Shown: one piece after another, positions 47,418 to 57,737 of the stretch
Numbering within the stretch: the stretch's first letter is position 1
How the letters are laid out: each line of letters begins with the position of its first letter
Translations under genes and position numbers: made by a program
Assembly (NCBI GenBank): GCA_009885745.1
Contig: VFKC01000025.1
Coordinates: 88,415 to 152,414, forward strand
Origin: Actinomycetota bacterium
GTDB taxonomy: Bacteria; Actinomycetota; Actinomycetes; S36-B12; UBA5976
Reading direction: 5' to 3'
DNA length: 64,000 nucleotides
The notes under the pieces: generated by a model
Databases searched by the model: none
The model's input: the letters and a program-made list of their open reading frames with translations, nothing else
Told to the model about the DNA's origin: nothing

Positions 47418-48203
47418 ATGGAGTTCAAAGGCAAGACCGCAGTAATCACTGGAGCAAGTGCTGGCATAGGTGTTGAGTTTGCACACCAACTAGCCGCACG
47501 TGGTGCTCACCTCGTCCTAGTTGCGCGTCGTAAAGATCGCCTTGCTGAATTGTCAGATGAACTTAGGAATAAGTACAACGTCAATGTGTCTTATTTCGCC
47601 CTTGATCTATCAACTCCGAATTCTGGAGAGATTTTGATTGGCAAGTTAACCCAGGCAGGCATCACAACTGACATTCTCATCAACAACGCTGGTTTTGCGA
47701 CTAATAACAAGGTTGCTGACGAAGACCGTATTCGCGTGCAGGCGGAAATCCAACTCAATGTTGGAACTTTGGTCGACCTCACCATCGGTCTCTTGCCAGC
47801 GATGCAGGCGCAGAACTTCGGCGCAATCGTCAATGTGGCCAGTACAGCAGCACTGCAGCCTGTCCCAAACTTGGCGGTCTATGCCGCAACAAAGGCTTTT
47901 GTTCTATCGTTCACCGAGGCCCTTTGGGGCGAATTGCGCGGCACCAACATAAAGGCACTCGCTATCTGCCCCGGAGCAACCGAGTCAGAGTTCTGGGATG
48001 TGGCAAACATGAGTTCCAAGAAGATGGCGGGAATGCAAACAGCCAAGCAGGTTGTGGGCACGACATTGCGAGAGCTTGGCAAGCGAAAAAGCCGCTCAAG
48101 TGTAATTTCTGGGTCCGCCAATAAAGCTCAGGCTCAACTTTTAAGAATTTCGCCTAAGAGAATGACAATCGCTATTGCGGCGAGCCTGTTTAAAAAGGAC
48201 TAA
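47418..48203 (+). CDS. SDR-family oxidoreductase
   Basis: TAVITGASAGIG, NNAG and YAATKA motifs. ATG at 47418 is preferred over the track start 47370. Confidence 0.8.
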   Translation: MEFKGKTAVITGASAGIGVEFAHQLAARGAHLVLVARRKDRLAELSDELRNKYNVNVSYFALDLSTPNSGEILIGKLTQAGITTDILINNAGFATNNKVADEDRIRVQAEIQLNVGTLVDLTIGLLPAMQAQNFGAIVNVASTAALQPVPNLAVYAATKAFVLSFTEALWGELRGTNIKALAICPGATESEFWDVANMSSKKMAGMQTAKQVVGTTLRELGKRKSRSSVISGSANKAQAQLLRISPKRMTIAIAASLFKKD

Positions 48204-48231
48204 TCGAAATCTCTTCTTAAAGGCACTTGGA

Positions 48232-49005
48232 TCAGGGACCACCCTGTGAGTGCACGCCACCATCGACATGGATGATTTCACCAGTTGTTGCCGGGAACCA
48301 GTCTGAGAACAATCCCACACATGCCTTAGCCGTTGGAATTGGATCCTCGGTGTCCCATCCAAGTGGAGCGCGACGCTGCCACATAGGTCCAAAGGTGTCG
48401 AAGCCAGGAATACTCTTTGCGGCGGTCGTGTAGATCGGACCAGCAGCCACAAGGTTTACGCGAATCTGATCGCCACCGAGTTCGCGCGCTAAATAACGAC
48501 AGGTTGACTCAAGGGCAGCCTTGGATACACCCATCCAGTCGTAGTAGGGCCAAGTCACAGTTGCATCGAAGTCAAGACCAAGAATCTGGCCGCCCTTTTC
48601 CTTCATCAATGGACGAGCTGCGACGGCTAGAGATTTAAGTGAGAAAGCTGAAATTTCTAGCGCAACTTTCACGTCATCCCATTCAGTGTTCAAGAAGTTG
48701 CCACCGAGTGCGGCTTCTGGTGCGTAAGCGATAGAGTGCAAAACCCCATCCAGATACGGAACATGTTCGCCAACAGCTGAGGCAAGGTTGTTGAGGTCAT
48801 CCTGATTGGTCACATCTAGTTGCACAATAGGCACTTCTTGCGGGAGACGACCAGCAATGCGCTTAGTGATTCCGGCTGCGCGACCAAATGATGAGAGCAC
48901 TACGTTCGCACCCTGTTCCTGTGCCAACTTAGCCACATGAAATGCGATTGAGGAGTCGGTTAGAACACCCGTGATTAGAATATTTTTGCCATCAAGGATT
49001 CCCAT
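48232..49005 (-). CDS. fabI: Enoyl-[acyl-carrier-protein] reductase (NADH), InhA/FabI type
   Basis: GILDGKNILITGVLTDSSIAFHVAKLAQEQGANVVL closely parallels the InhA N-terminus. It lies downstream of fabG, as in the mabA-inhA operon. Confidence 0.85.
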   Translation of the reverse strand: MGILDGKNILITGVLTDSSIAFHVAKLAQEQGANVVLSSFGRAAGITKRIAGRLPQEVPIVQLDVTNQDDLNNLASAVGEHVPYLDGVLHSIAYAPEAALGGNFLNTEWDDVKVALEISAFSLKSLAVAARPLMKEKGGQILGLDFDATVTWPYYDWMGVSKAALESTCRYLARELGGDQIRVNLVAAGPIYTTAAKSIPGFDTFGPMWQRRAPLGWDTEDPIPTAKACVGLFSDWFPATTGEIIHVDGGVHSQGGP

Positions 49006-49012
49006 AGTTTTA

Positions 49013-49717
49013 TTAGTGTCCCATACCTAGTCCGCCATCTACGGGAATGACAGCACCCGAAATGTAACCAGCTTGCGTTGATGAAATGAAGGTAACAACA
49101 TCTGCAATCTCTTGAGGTGATGCGTAACGACCAAGCGGGACATTAGTCACGATGTCGTTTTTGCGCTCTTCAGTTAGTTCGGCAGTCATATCTGTATCAA
49201 CAAAACCAGGTGCAATGACGTTGCAAGTTACGCCACGTGGACCGAGTTCGCGAGCCAATGATCGGGCAGCACCTACTAATCCAGCCTTTGACGCTGCGTA
49301 ATTGACCTGACCAGCCGAGCCCATCAGTCCGACAACACTTGAGATAAAAACAATCCGACCACTACGAGCCTTCATCATGGCGCGTGTTGCCCGACGAGCA
49401 ACACGAAGCGCGCCAACAAGATTGGTATTCAAAACATCATTGATGTCATCATCTGACATTCGCATTATTAAGCCATCGCGAGTGATGCCGGCATTGGCGA
49501 CGGCAACCTCAACTGGACCAAAGTTTGTCTCAACATAATCAAAGGCTTCGTCAACGCTAGTGGTATCTGACACATCACACTTAACAACGTTTAAACCGTC
49601 GATGGGATCACCTGATCGACTTGTAACTACGACGGTGTCTCCTAGTTCAACGAATGATTTGGCTATTGCTAGTCCAATTCCGCGGTTTCCACCTGTAACT
49701 AAAACAACTCGAGTCAT
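49013..49717 (-). CDS. fabG: 3-oxoacyl-[acyl-carrier-protein] reductase (FabG1/MabA-like)
   Basis: VLVTGGNRGIGLAIA, NAG, YAASKAG. Confidence 0.85.
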   Translation of the reverse strand: MTRVVLVTGGNRGIGLAIAKSFVELGDTVVVTSRSGDPIDGLNVVKCDVSDTTSVDEAFDYVETNFGPVEVAVANAGITRDGLIMRMSDDDINDVLNTNLVGALRVARRATRAMMKARSGRIVFISSVVGLMGSAGQVNYAASKAGLVGAARSLARELGPRGVTCNVIAPGFVDTDMTAELTEERKNDIVTNVPLGRYASPQEIADVVTFISSTQAGYISGAVIPVDGGLGMGH

Positions 49718-49857
49718 TCGCCAAGTTTATCGGTTGAACATCGATTCAAGTTCTGCAACACCTGCGAATTGCTAACACTCGTGATATCGAGCGCACGTTG
49801 CTGATGGCTAGGTAGTCTTAAGGCGTATTGATTTGATGTCTTCATAAGGGGCTCGCT

Positions 49858-51351
49858 TTGGCAGATAGAAACCTTGATCAAGAGTTGCCTACCTATCTTG
49901 GTCAAAACGCTTTAGATGTGGCCGCTCAGGCTGGCGCTGAAGTAGCGCACTTTCGCATAGCTCGCCATGACAGTCGTGGTGTTTCATTGCGCGATGGCAA
50001 TGTTGAGAATGTTGCCTCTGATAGCACTTGTGCACTCAGTGTTCGAGTGGTTCTTGATGGGGCTTGGGGCTTTGCCGGCTCCGCAGATCTAACTCCGCAA
50101 GCCGCCCTAGATGCCACAAACCGCGCATTAGCCATGGCTCGTCTTAGCGCACAGGTCTCAAGTGACCGCGTTGAGTTAGTCGATGAACCTTCACACGGTG
50201 AAGTTTCTTGGCGTATGCCAGTTGAAGTTGACGCTATGGCAATACCTGACTCCCAAGTAATCGAACTGCTTACCGAGTGGAACGCACGAATTGCTGGAGC
50301 CGATGTAGTTTCACATGTTGATGCCCATGCTGCAATGGGTCGCGATTCAACGTACTTTTCTGATCTGAATGGAAACAGAATATCGCAGAGCCGTGATCGA
50401 ATCAGCGCACAACTAAATGCAATTCATGTCGGAGAATCTGGTTTTGATGATATTCGTACTTGCGCGCCACCAGCCGGGCGTGGTTGGGAATATCTGACGG
50501 GAACTGGTTGGGATTGGGAAGCCGAACTTAACGAGTTACCAGAACTACTAGCAGAAAAATCTAAAGCGCCATCAGTGGAACCGGGCGAATGGGATCTGGT
50601 AATCGATCCAACAAACTTATGGCTAACAATTCATGAATCCATCGGACATGCAACTGAACTAGATCGCGCTCTTGGTTATGAGGCAAATTACGCGGGAACA
50701 TCCTTTGCAACAATCGATAAGCTCGGCAACTTTAAATATGGCAGCGAGTTGATGAACATAATCGGTGACCGTACTGCTCAACATGGTCTTTCTACTGTTG
50801 GGTACGACGACGAAGGTGTAGCCGCTCAGGAATGGGATTTGGTGACAAACGGCATTCTGACTGGGTACCAAGTTGACCGAAGTACCGCTGCGCGAATTGG
50901 GTTAAGCCGATCAAATGGATGCGCTTTCGCCGACTCGGCTTTACATACCCCTATCCAGCGCATGCCAAATGTTTCATTGCGGGCAAATCGTGCCAATGTA
51001 ACAACTCAAGACCTAATTTCCGATGTGGAAAAGGGCATCTACATCGTTGGCGACAAATCATGGTCAATCGACATGCAGCGCTATAACTTCCAATTCACTG
51101 GACAAAAATTCTTCGAAATTCGAGAGGGCAAGATAGTTGGCCAACTCAGAGATGTTGTTTACCAATCAAAGACACCAGACTTTTGGGGTTCACTGACAGG
51201 ATTGGGTGGCGCAAGCACCTACTTATTAGGCGGCGCACTCAACTGCGGTAAGGGTCAACCTGGTCAGGTGGCTCCTGTTAGTCATGGCTGTCCATCAGCA
51301 CTGTTTAGAAACATCAACATCTTGAACGGCAGAATGGAAGCCAGCGCATGA
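49858..51351 (+). CDS. tldD: TldD-family metalloprotease
   Basis: HExxxH is present (TIHESIGHATELD), and the GxC C-terminal region fits. TTG start lies 5 nt after AAGGGG. Confidence 0.85.
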   Translation: MADRNLDQELPTYLGQNALDVAAQAGAEVAHFRIARHDSRGVSLRDGNVENVASDSTCALSVRVVLDGAWGFAGSADLTPQAALDATNRALAMARLSAQVSSDRVELVDEPSHGEVSWRMPVEVDAMAIPDSQVIELLTEWNARIAGADVVSHVDAHAAMGRDSTYFSDLNGNRISQSRDRISAQLNAIHVGESGFDDIRTCAPPAGRGWEYLTGTGWDWEAELNELPELLAEKSKAPSVEPGEWDLVIDPTNLWLTIHESIGHATELDRALGYEANYAGTSFATIDKLGNFKYGSELMNIIGDRTAQHGLSTVGYDDEGVAAQEWDLVTNGILTGYQVDRSTAARIGLSRSNGCAFADSALHTPIQRMPNVSLRANRANVTTQDLISDVEKGIYIVGDKSWSIDMQRYNFQFTGQKFFEIREGKIVGQLRDVVYQSKTPDFWGSLTGLGGASTYLLGGALNCGKGQPGQVAPVSHGCPSALFRNINILNGRMEASA

Positions 51352-52727
51352 GTGATTTAACAATTGCACAATCAGTAGAAGTTGCATTGGACTTATTAGG
51401 TTCTAACGGTGGCGTTGTAGTTGGCGAATCAAATTTTTCCGCCAATCTTCGCTGGGCCAATTCCAGTCTGACTACTAACGGCAGCACCCAAGACAACACC
51501 CTTTCAATTGCGGCTTTTGTTCCAGTTGATGATGGTGTTGGTTGTGGCATCGCGAGCGGCCAAGTTCGCTCTGTGGCAGACATCGAAAAACTCGTTTCAA
51601 CAGGTAGAGCCAGCGCCATTGCTGGCGGTGCATCCGAAGATGCAAACGATTTGGTATCAGGACCAGTTCATTCAGATTTTTCTGAAGCACCGCAGGCACC
51701 TGACTTTTCAGGAATAGAACACATCGCAAAGTCATTAGGTGTGGTTATGCAAGATACATCCGCGCAATATTTTGGCTACGCAGAACATTCCGTAGACACA
51801 ATGTATGTGGGCACTTCAAGTGGAACTCGTATGCGCTTTGCTCAGGCAACGAGTCGGTTTGAACTGTGCGCCAAGAGCCCCGAGCGTGATCGATCAGCGT
51901 GGTCTGGTCAAGGCGGAACATCACTGAACGAGGTTGATGTTTTTGCGCATGCAAAGAGTGTTAGCCAGGGACTTGTCCATCAACTGACGAAAATTGAACT
52001 TGAGCCTGGTCATCACAAAGTAACCCTGTCCTCAAGTGCAGTGGCTGATCTAATGATTTATCTGATGTGGACAGCGTCGGCCAGAGAGGCTGCCCAAGGT
52101 CGAAGTGTCTTTAGTGCGGCAAATGGCGAAACGCGCATCGGTGAAAAACTTAGTAATCGGTTAATCTCTATTTCCAGTGATCCAGCTATGTCTGGGCTTG
52201 AAACTGTTGATCATGTTGTAAACCTTGGCTCCTCTTCAATGTCGAGCACATTTGATACCGGTTTGCCTATCGCACGCACCAGCATTCTGGATAAGGGAAT
52301 TCTCAAGGCGCTAGCCAGCAGTCGCTTCTCGGCCACTGAAGCAAAATTGCCGTTTACCCCACTGGCTGACAACATCGAAGTAATTGATGCACAAGGACAT
52401 GGCTCACTTGATGAATTAGCGGAGCGGATGATCGATGGCTTACTCATCACTTGCCTCTGGTACATCCGTGAAGTTGATCCACAATCACTCTTATTAACTG
52501 GGCTCACTCGTGATGGGGTTTATGTTGTACGCGAGGGCAAAATTATCGGCGCGGCCAGCAATTTTAGGTTCAATGACTCTCCCGTTGGTCTGCTTAATCG
52601 GATAGTTGATGCCGGTGAGGCTATCGATTGTCTACCTCGTGAATGGGCCGACTGGTTCACGCGTTCTCGGGTGGCCCCGTTAACTATTGAGGACTTCAAT
52701 TTGTCCACTAAATCCGAGGCTATCTAG
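51348..52727 (+). CDS. pmbA: PmbA/TldE-family protein (non-catalytic partner of TldD)
   Basis: Paralogous fold but no HExxxH motif. It has a 4-nt overlap with tldD. Confidence 0.8.
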   Translation: MSDLTIAQSVEVALDLLGSNGGVVVGESNFSANLRWANSSLTTNGSTQDNTLSIAAFVPVDDGVGCGIASGQVRSVADIEKLVSTGRASAIAGGASEDANDLVSGPVHSDFSEAPQAPDFSGIEHIAKSLGVVMQDTSAQYFGYAEHSVDTMYVGTSSGTRMRFAQATSRFELCAKSPERDRSAWSGQGGTSLNEVDVFAHAKSVSQGLVHQLTKIELEPGHHKVTLSSSAVADLMIYLMWTASAREAAQGRSVFSAANGETRIGEKLSNRLISISSDPAMSGLETVDHVVNLGSSSMSSTFDTGLPIARTSILDKGILKALASSRFSATEAKLPFTPLADNIEVIDAQGHGSLDELAERMIDGLLITCLWYIREVDPQSLLLTGLTRDGVYVVREGKIIGAASNFRFNDSPVGLLNRIVDAGEAIDCLPREWADWFTRSRVAPLTIEDFNLSTKSEAI

Positions 52728-52794
52728 TCCACTCAAGATGCCAAACCTTTCTGTCGCGCGTAACCTTTAGGTACACGCAAACGGAAAGTACCTG

Positions 52795-53094
52795 ATGGAT
52801 AACGAGCCTGAAGTTTTTACCATAACTGGTGCTCAAACAGGTATGAGCCAAGATCAAAAATCTCGGCAAAGGGTTTACCTATTTAGCATGGGTTTGCGAA
52901 CTGCTTGCTTTGTGGGCGGTTTTCTTGCAAGTGGTGCCTTGCGCTGGATTCTCATCGTTGGCGCAGTTGGGTTGCCATATTTTGCTGTGGTAATCGCTAA
53001 TGCTGGTCGCGAACGTGGTGGCTGGCGTGGTGAGCAACCGTACAGTCCGCCAGGTCGAGACGCGCTGACTAACGAGCCTCGCACTAGTGACTAA
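52795..53094 (+). CDS. DUF3099-like small membrane protein
   Basis: 99 aa with two TM helices: RQRVYLFSMGLRTACFVGGF...LPYFAVVIANAG. Confidence 0.6.
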   Translation: MDNEPEVFTITGAQTGMSQDQKSRQRVYLFSMGLRTACFVGGFLASGALRWILIVGAVGLPYFAVVIANAGRERGGWRGEQPYSPPGRDALTNEPRTSD

Positions 53095-53103
53095 CCTAAT
53101 TAC

Positions 53104-53904
53104 GTGCTGCGTTTACTATTAAGCCCCAAATGGATCGCGCTAACTATTGCGTGTTTCCTCGCACTGCCAGCTTTAAATGCGCTTTCAGATTGGCAATGGG
53201 GACGGCTGGATCAAAGGCAGACCTACAACAGCACAATCGTGAATGCTCAAGAGCAACCTAAAGTCGGCATTGAAACCCTTTTGGAAAGGAACAGCGTAAA
53301 GGTCACAATCTCAGCAAAGTCCGAATGGCGAACAGCCGAAGTAATCGGTACTTGGGATGTAACCCGTCAAGTCCTTGTGCGTAAACAGAGTTTGGATTCA
53401 GAACTCGGGCTATGGGTTATCACTCCATTGGTACTAGCAGACAGCACAATTGTTCTTATTAATCGTGGCTGGGTTGCCGCAGCTAACTCCGCAATCGATA
53501 GCCCAACTGTTTCAGTACCGCCATCTGGTCAGGTCAGGTTGTTGGGGCGCGTGCGATTAGTCAAACCTAGAATCAAAGTGAAGCCAAATGATTTGCCAGC
53601 CAATCAGATTGATCAGATTATTCCTAAAGAGCTTTTTTCAGAAAAGAACCTTTTGGCTAATGCCTACATTGAAATGACTTCTAGCACACCCAACGCACTT
53701 ACAGTCGGTCTAACAGAGATACCCGCTCCCGAAGTAACCGAAGGACCACATCGCTCTTACGCATTGCAGTGGATCTTCTTTGCAATCATGACAGTGATCG
53801 GTTGGGGTGTATTACTTCGCAGTGATTACTTGGCTGCAAAGGGTCATACGGAATCAGTCGGGGCTGGACCAGACTCTGATGAAATGTCAACATCGGCAAA
53901 CTGA
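53104..53904 (+). CDS. SURF1-family protein (cytochrome oxidase assembly)
   Basis: N- and C-terminal TMs, QWGRLDQR...INRGWV...GPHRSYALQWIFFA. Confidence 0.75.
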   Translation: MLRLLLSPKWIALTIACFLALPALNALSDWQWGRLDQRQTYNSTIVNAQEQPKVGIETLLERNSVKVTISAKSEWRTAEVIGTWDVTRQVLVRKQSLDSELGLWVITPLVLADSTIVLINRGWVAAANSAIDSPTVSVPPSGQVRLLGRVRLVKPRIKVKPNDLPANQIDQIIPKELFSEKNLLANAYIEMTSSTPNALTVGLTEIPAPEVTEGPHRSYALQWIFFAIMTVIGWGVLLRSDYLAAKGHTESVGAGPDSDEMSTSAN

Positions 53905-55760
53905 CGGTTGTGCAGATCTGCATAAAGACCCGCCTTAGCCATCAACTCCTCGTGAGTCCCCTGCTCCACCACTTGCCCATCATCAATGACCAGGATCTGG
54001 TCAGCCTGACGGATGGTCGACAAACGGTGAGCAATGACAATTGAAGTTCGTCCCTTAAGCGCGATAGCGAGCGCTTCTTGAACCGCAGACTCATTCTCAC
54101 TGTCAAGGTGCGCAGTTGCCTCATCAAGCACAACAACATCAGGTGCCTTCAACAAGAGGCGGGCAATCGATAGGCGCTGCTTTTCACCACCAGATAGTCG
54201 GTGACCGCGATCGCCCACAACAGTATCCAAGCCTTGAGGCATGTCGCGAATCATTTCCGCAATCTGTGCATCGGTGCAGGCAACCCACATTTGTTCCTCG
54301 GTCGCCGCTGGGTTTGCATACAGCAAATTGCTACGGATGCTCTCGTGGAACATGTGTGCCTCTTGAGTAACAACACCAACAACATCATGTAAAGAATCCT
54401 GTGTGACACGACTGATGTCATGTCCGGAAATCTTTACAACACCATTTGTAGGATCGAACAAGCGAGACACGAGAGAAGTAATTGTGGTCTTACCTGCACC
54501 ACTTGGACCGACTAACGCAATCAAGTGACCAGGCTGCGCGGTGAAGTTAACACCTTTGAGAATGAGATCTTCGGAAACTGCAACTTCTGGTCTAGCGATG
54601 CCTTCAAGGCTGGCCAACGAAACTTCATCCGCAGTTGGATAACGAAAGTTCACATCAACAAACTCAACGCTGGATGAACCTCGGGGTAAAGTTTGCGCAT
54701 CTGGCACATCCTGAACCATTGGCTCAAGATCAAGAACTTCAAAAACTCGTTCAAATGACACCAAAGCTGTCATCACATCAACACGCACATTGGCCAGCGC
54801 AGCCATCGGAACATACAGGCGACCCAATAGCGCGACAAGGGCGAGCAAAGTTCCCAAAGTGAGCGAACCAGAAACCACACTGTTACCCCCGATGCCATAG
54901 ACCAAGGCAGTGGCAAGCGAGCCAACCAACATCATTGCGGTGAAGAACACGGTGTTAGCAGTAGCAATACGCACACCAACATCACGCACTTTGCCGGCTC
55001 TATCGGCGAACAACTCTGCTTCGCGGTCAGGCTTGCCAAATAGTTTCATTAAAAGTGCGCCAGAAACATTGAAGCGCTCGGACATCTGGGTAGCCATCAC
55101 AGAATTTAGATTTGCTTGATCACGCGTGTATTCCTGCATCTTGCGACCCATGAATCGGGCTGGAATCAAAAAGACCGGGAGCATAAGGAGAGCAGCCAAC
55201 GTAATTTTCCACGAAAGAATAGCCATGGTACTTACGACCACACCAAGGCTAATGACGTTGCCGACAACTCCACCAAGAGTAGAAGTGAAAGCCCGTTGCG
55301 CCCCGACTACATCGTTGTTCAGACGCGAAATAAGTGATCCTGTTTGCGCGCGAGTGAAGAACGCTATTGATTGGCGTTGGACATGATCAAACACCTGCGA
55401 CCGCAGGTTGTAGATAAGACCTTCACCAATAGTCGCCTGCATTCGTCGCGTCACAACTCCCAGTGCGGCATCAGTGATTGACAAAAGTGCAATAAGCAAC
55501 GCGGTGTTAGTAACCATACGAGTGTCACCCGAAGGGATAGCCTGATCGACAATGCGCTTAAAAAGCAGTGGTTGCGACACGACTAGCAGTGAATCAATTA
55601 CGAGCGTTATTAGATACCCAATAATGAGTACCTTGAATTCAGATGCATAGCTCATGATGCGTCGCACTGTGCCCTTGGCAAGACGTTGATTCTTCACTGA
55701 CTCATCAGTCATGTAGCCACGCATAGCCATCCAGGCGCCAGGCCCACCGCTCATAGTCAT
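53844..55760 (-). CDS. ABC exporter, fused permease/ATPase (MsbA-like half transporter)
   Basis: 6-TM N-terminal domain, Walker A GPSGAGKTT, signature LSGGEKQRLSIAR, Walker B VVVLDEATA. Confidence 0.85.
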   Translation of the reverse strand: MTMSGGPGAWMAMRGYMTDESVKNQRLAKGTVRRIMSYASEFKVLIIGYLITLVIDSLLVVSQPLLFKRIVDQAIPSGDTRMVTNTALLIALLSITDAALGVVTRRMQATIGEGLIYNLRSQVFDHVQRQSIAFFTRAQTGSLISRLNNDVVGAQRAFTSTLGGVVGNVISLGVVVSTMAILSWKITLAALLMLPVFLIPARFMGRKMQEYTRDQANLNSVMATQMSERFNVSGALLMKLFGKPDREAELFADRAGKVRDVGVRIATANTVFFTAMMLVGSLATALVYGIGGNSVVSGSLTLGTLLALVALLGRLYVPMAALANVRVDVMTALVSFERVFEVLDLEPMVQDVPDAQTLPRGSSSVEFVDVNFRYPTADEVSLASLEGIARPEVAVSEDLILKGVNFTAQPGHLIALVGPSGAGKTTITSLVSRLFDPTNGVVKISGHDISRVTQDSLHDVVGVVTQEAHMFHESIRSNLLYANPAATEEQMWVACTDAQIAEMIRDMPQGLDTVVGDRGHRLSGGEKQRLSIARLLLKAPDVVVLDEATAHLDSENESAVQEALAIALKGRTSIVIAHRLSTIRQADQILVIDDGQVVEQGTHEELMAKAGLYADLHNRQFADVDISSESGPAPTDSV

Positions 55761-55843
55761 TTGCTACTCCGAATCATTCTCTTTGTATTACTTAACCTAA
55801 TCTGTACTGAATTTATTCAACACACCTTTGCTAGAAGTATGCG

Positions 55844-57442
55844 CTAGGCCAACGAAATCAGGTCTAGATAGTCGGCACTCCATAAATCTTCAACACCATC
55901 GGGAAGCAGCAAGACTCGCTCTGGCTGAAGCGCCTCGACAGCTCCTTCATCGTGAGTTACCAGAACGACTGAGCCTTCATAGTTATGTAACGCATCTAGA
56001 ATTTCGGCTCGACTTGCTGGATCGAGGTTATTTGTCGGTTCGTCAAGAAGTAGAACATTCGCCGCAGACACTACGAGCATCGCCAAACTTAAGCGCGTCT
56101 TTTCTCCGCCCGAAAGTACACCGGCTAATTTAGAAACTGCATCGCCAGAGAATAAGAATGAACCCAAGACACTCCGAATTTGGGTGTCGTTGAGGTTATC
56201 CGATGCGGAAGTCATGTTGTCCAAGACTGAGCGGTCAGCATCAAGGGTCTCGTGTTCCTGTGCGTAGTAGCCGACCTTGAGACCGTGACCGGGCAGAATC
56301 TCCCCAGTGTCGGCTTTGTCCACGCCAGCCAGGATACGAAGGAGGGTAGTTTTTCCAGCGCCGTTAAGCCCCAGAATTACAACCTTGCTCCCCCGGTCAA
56401 TTGCTAGATCAACATCAGTAAAAATTTCCTGCGAACCATAAATACGACTTAAGCCTTGAGCCATCAATGGGGTTTTGCCACATGCTGCAGGAGTTGGGAA
56501 ACGAAGTTTGGCAACGCGATCTGCAACACGCACACCTTCAAGTCCATCGACCAATTTCTCAGCGCGCTTGAGCATACTTTGGGCAGCCTTCGCCTTTGAT
56601 GCCTTTGCGCGCATTCGGTCAGCTTGTTGCTTAAGTTGACCTGCCTGCTTTTCGGCATTCATCCGCTCACGCTTTCGCCGACGTTCGTCAGTTTCGCGCG
56701 AAGTCAGATACTCTTTCCAACCAACGTTGTAGATGTCGAGTGTCTGACGGTTTGCATCAAGATGGAACACACGATTCACACAGGCTTCAAGTAGTTCCAC
56801 ATCATGGCTAATGACAATGAGGCCACCCTGATGTCCTTGCAAGAATCCGCGCAACCAGGCAATGGAATCGGCATCAAGGTGGTTTGTTGGTTCATCGAGC
56901 AATAGCGTCTCTGCTCCGCTGAACAAAATTCGAGCAAGTTCGATTCGGCGTCGCTGTCCACCTGAAAGCGTGCCCAATGTCTGCGAGAGGGTTGTTGGTG
57001 TTAATCCAACACTGGCTGCAAGACTCGATGCTTCACTTTCAGCAGCGTATCCACCGGCAGACTGAAACTCAGCCTCAGCAGTTGAATATTTACGCATAGC
57101 CTTGGCACTGATGTTGGCATCTGGATTGCCCATATCTTCTTCGGCTTGACGCATTCGACGGATAACTACATCAAGACCGCGAGCACTCAAAATTCGATCA
57201 AGTGCGACTACATCTAGGTCGCCGGTACGAGGGTCTTGGGGAAGGTATCCAACCATTCCCCCAGTTGCAATAGTGCCGCCAGCAGGTTGTGTCTGACCCG
57301 CAAGAACCTTAGTCAAAGTGGTTTTTCCAGCGCCATTTCGGCCAACAAGCCCAATCCGGTCCCCATTGTCTACGCGAAAATTAGCGCCTGAAACCAATAG
57401 TTCGGCGCCAGCGCGTAGTTCAATATCTGTTGCCTGGAGCAC
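55844..57442 (-). CDS. ABC-F family ATPase (translation-associated, EttA/Uup-like)
   Basis: Two ABC cassettes (GRNGAGKTT, GLNGAGKTT), a charged inter-domain linker (RRRKRERMNAEKQAGQLKQQADRMRAKASKAKAA), and no TM segments. Confidence 0.9.
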   Translation of the reverse strand: MLQATDIELRAGAELLVSGANFRVDNGDRIGLVGRNGAGKTTLTKVLAGQTQPAGGTIATGGMVGYLPQDPRTGDLDVVALDRILSARGLDVVIRRMRQAEEDMGNPDANISAKAMRKYSTAEAEFQSAGGYAAESEASSLAASVGLTPTTLSQTLGTLSGGQRRRIELARILFSGAETLLLDEPTNHLDADSIAWLRGFLQGHQGGLIVISHDVELLEACVNRVFHLDANRQTLDIYNVGWKEYLTSRETDERRRKRERMNAEKQAGQLKQQADRMRAKASKAKAAQSMLKRAEKLVDGLEGVRVADRVAKLRFPTPAACGKTPLMAQGLSRIYGSQEIFTDVDLAIDRGSKVVILGLNGAGKTTLLRILAGVDKADTGEILPGHGLKVGYYAQEHETLDADRSVLDNMTSASDNLNDTQIRSVLGSFLFSGDAVSKLAGVLSGGEKTRLSLAMLVVSAANVLLLDEPTNNLDPASRAEILDALHNYEGSVVLVTHDEGAVEALQPERVLLLPDGVEDLWSADYLDLISLA

Positions 57443-57737
57443 TGTGGGTGAGAATCCGTTCTAAAGGTGGTGCGATATGCGCCCAAATCGACCGCTCCCC
57501 CATTCTACCTGTGGTTTATTGCCCTGAATCCCGATGTTGTTTGTTCAAAAGAAATTCAAAAATTTTCAAGAATATTTTGGCAATTGCACGAATATTGTCC
57601 AAATATGTCAGTGCCTTGTTCTATGTTTACATCATCACGAGTTAGTTCCAATTGTGAACATTATGCTGACGAATACGAGTTAAAACCGTCGAAGATTCGA
57701 TGTGGTTCCCTAATTTTTTACTCGTAAGGACCAAGTT

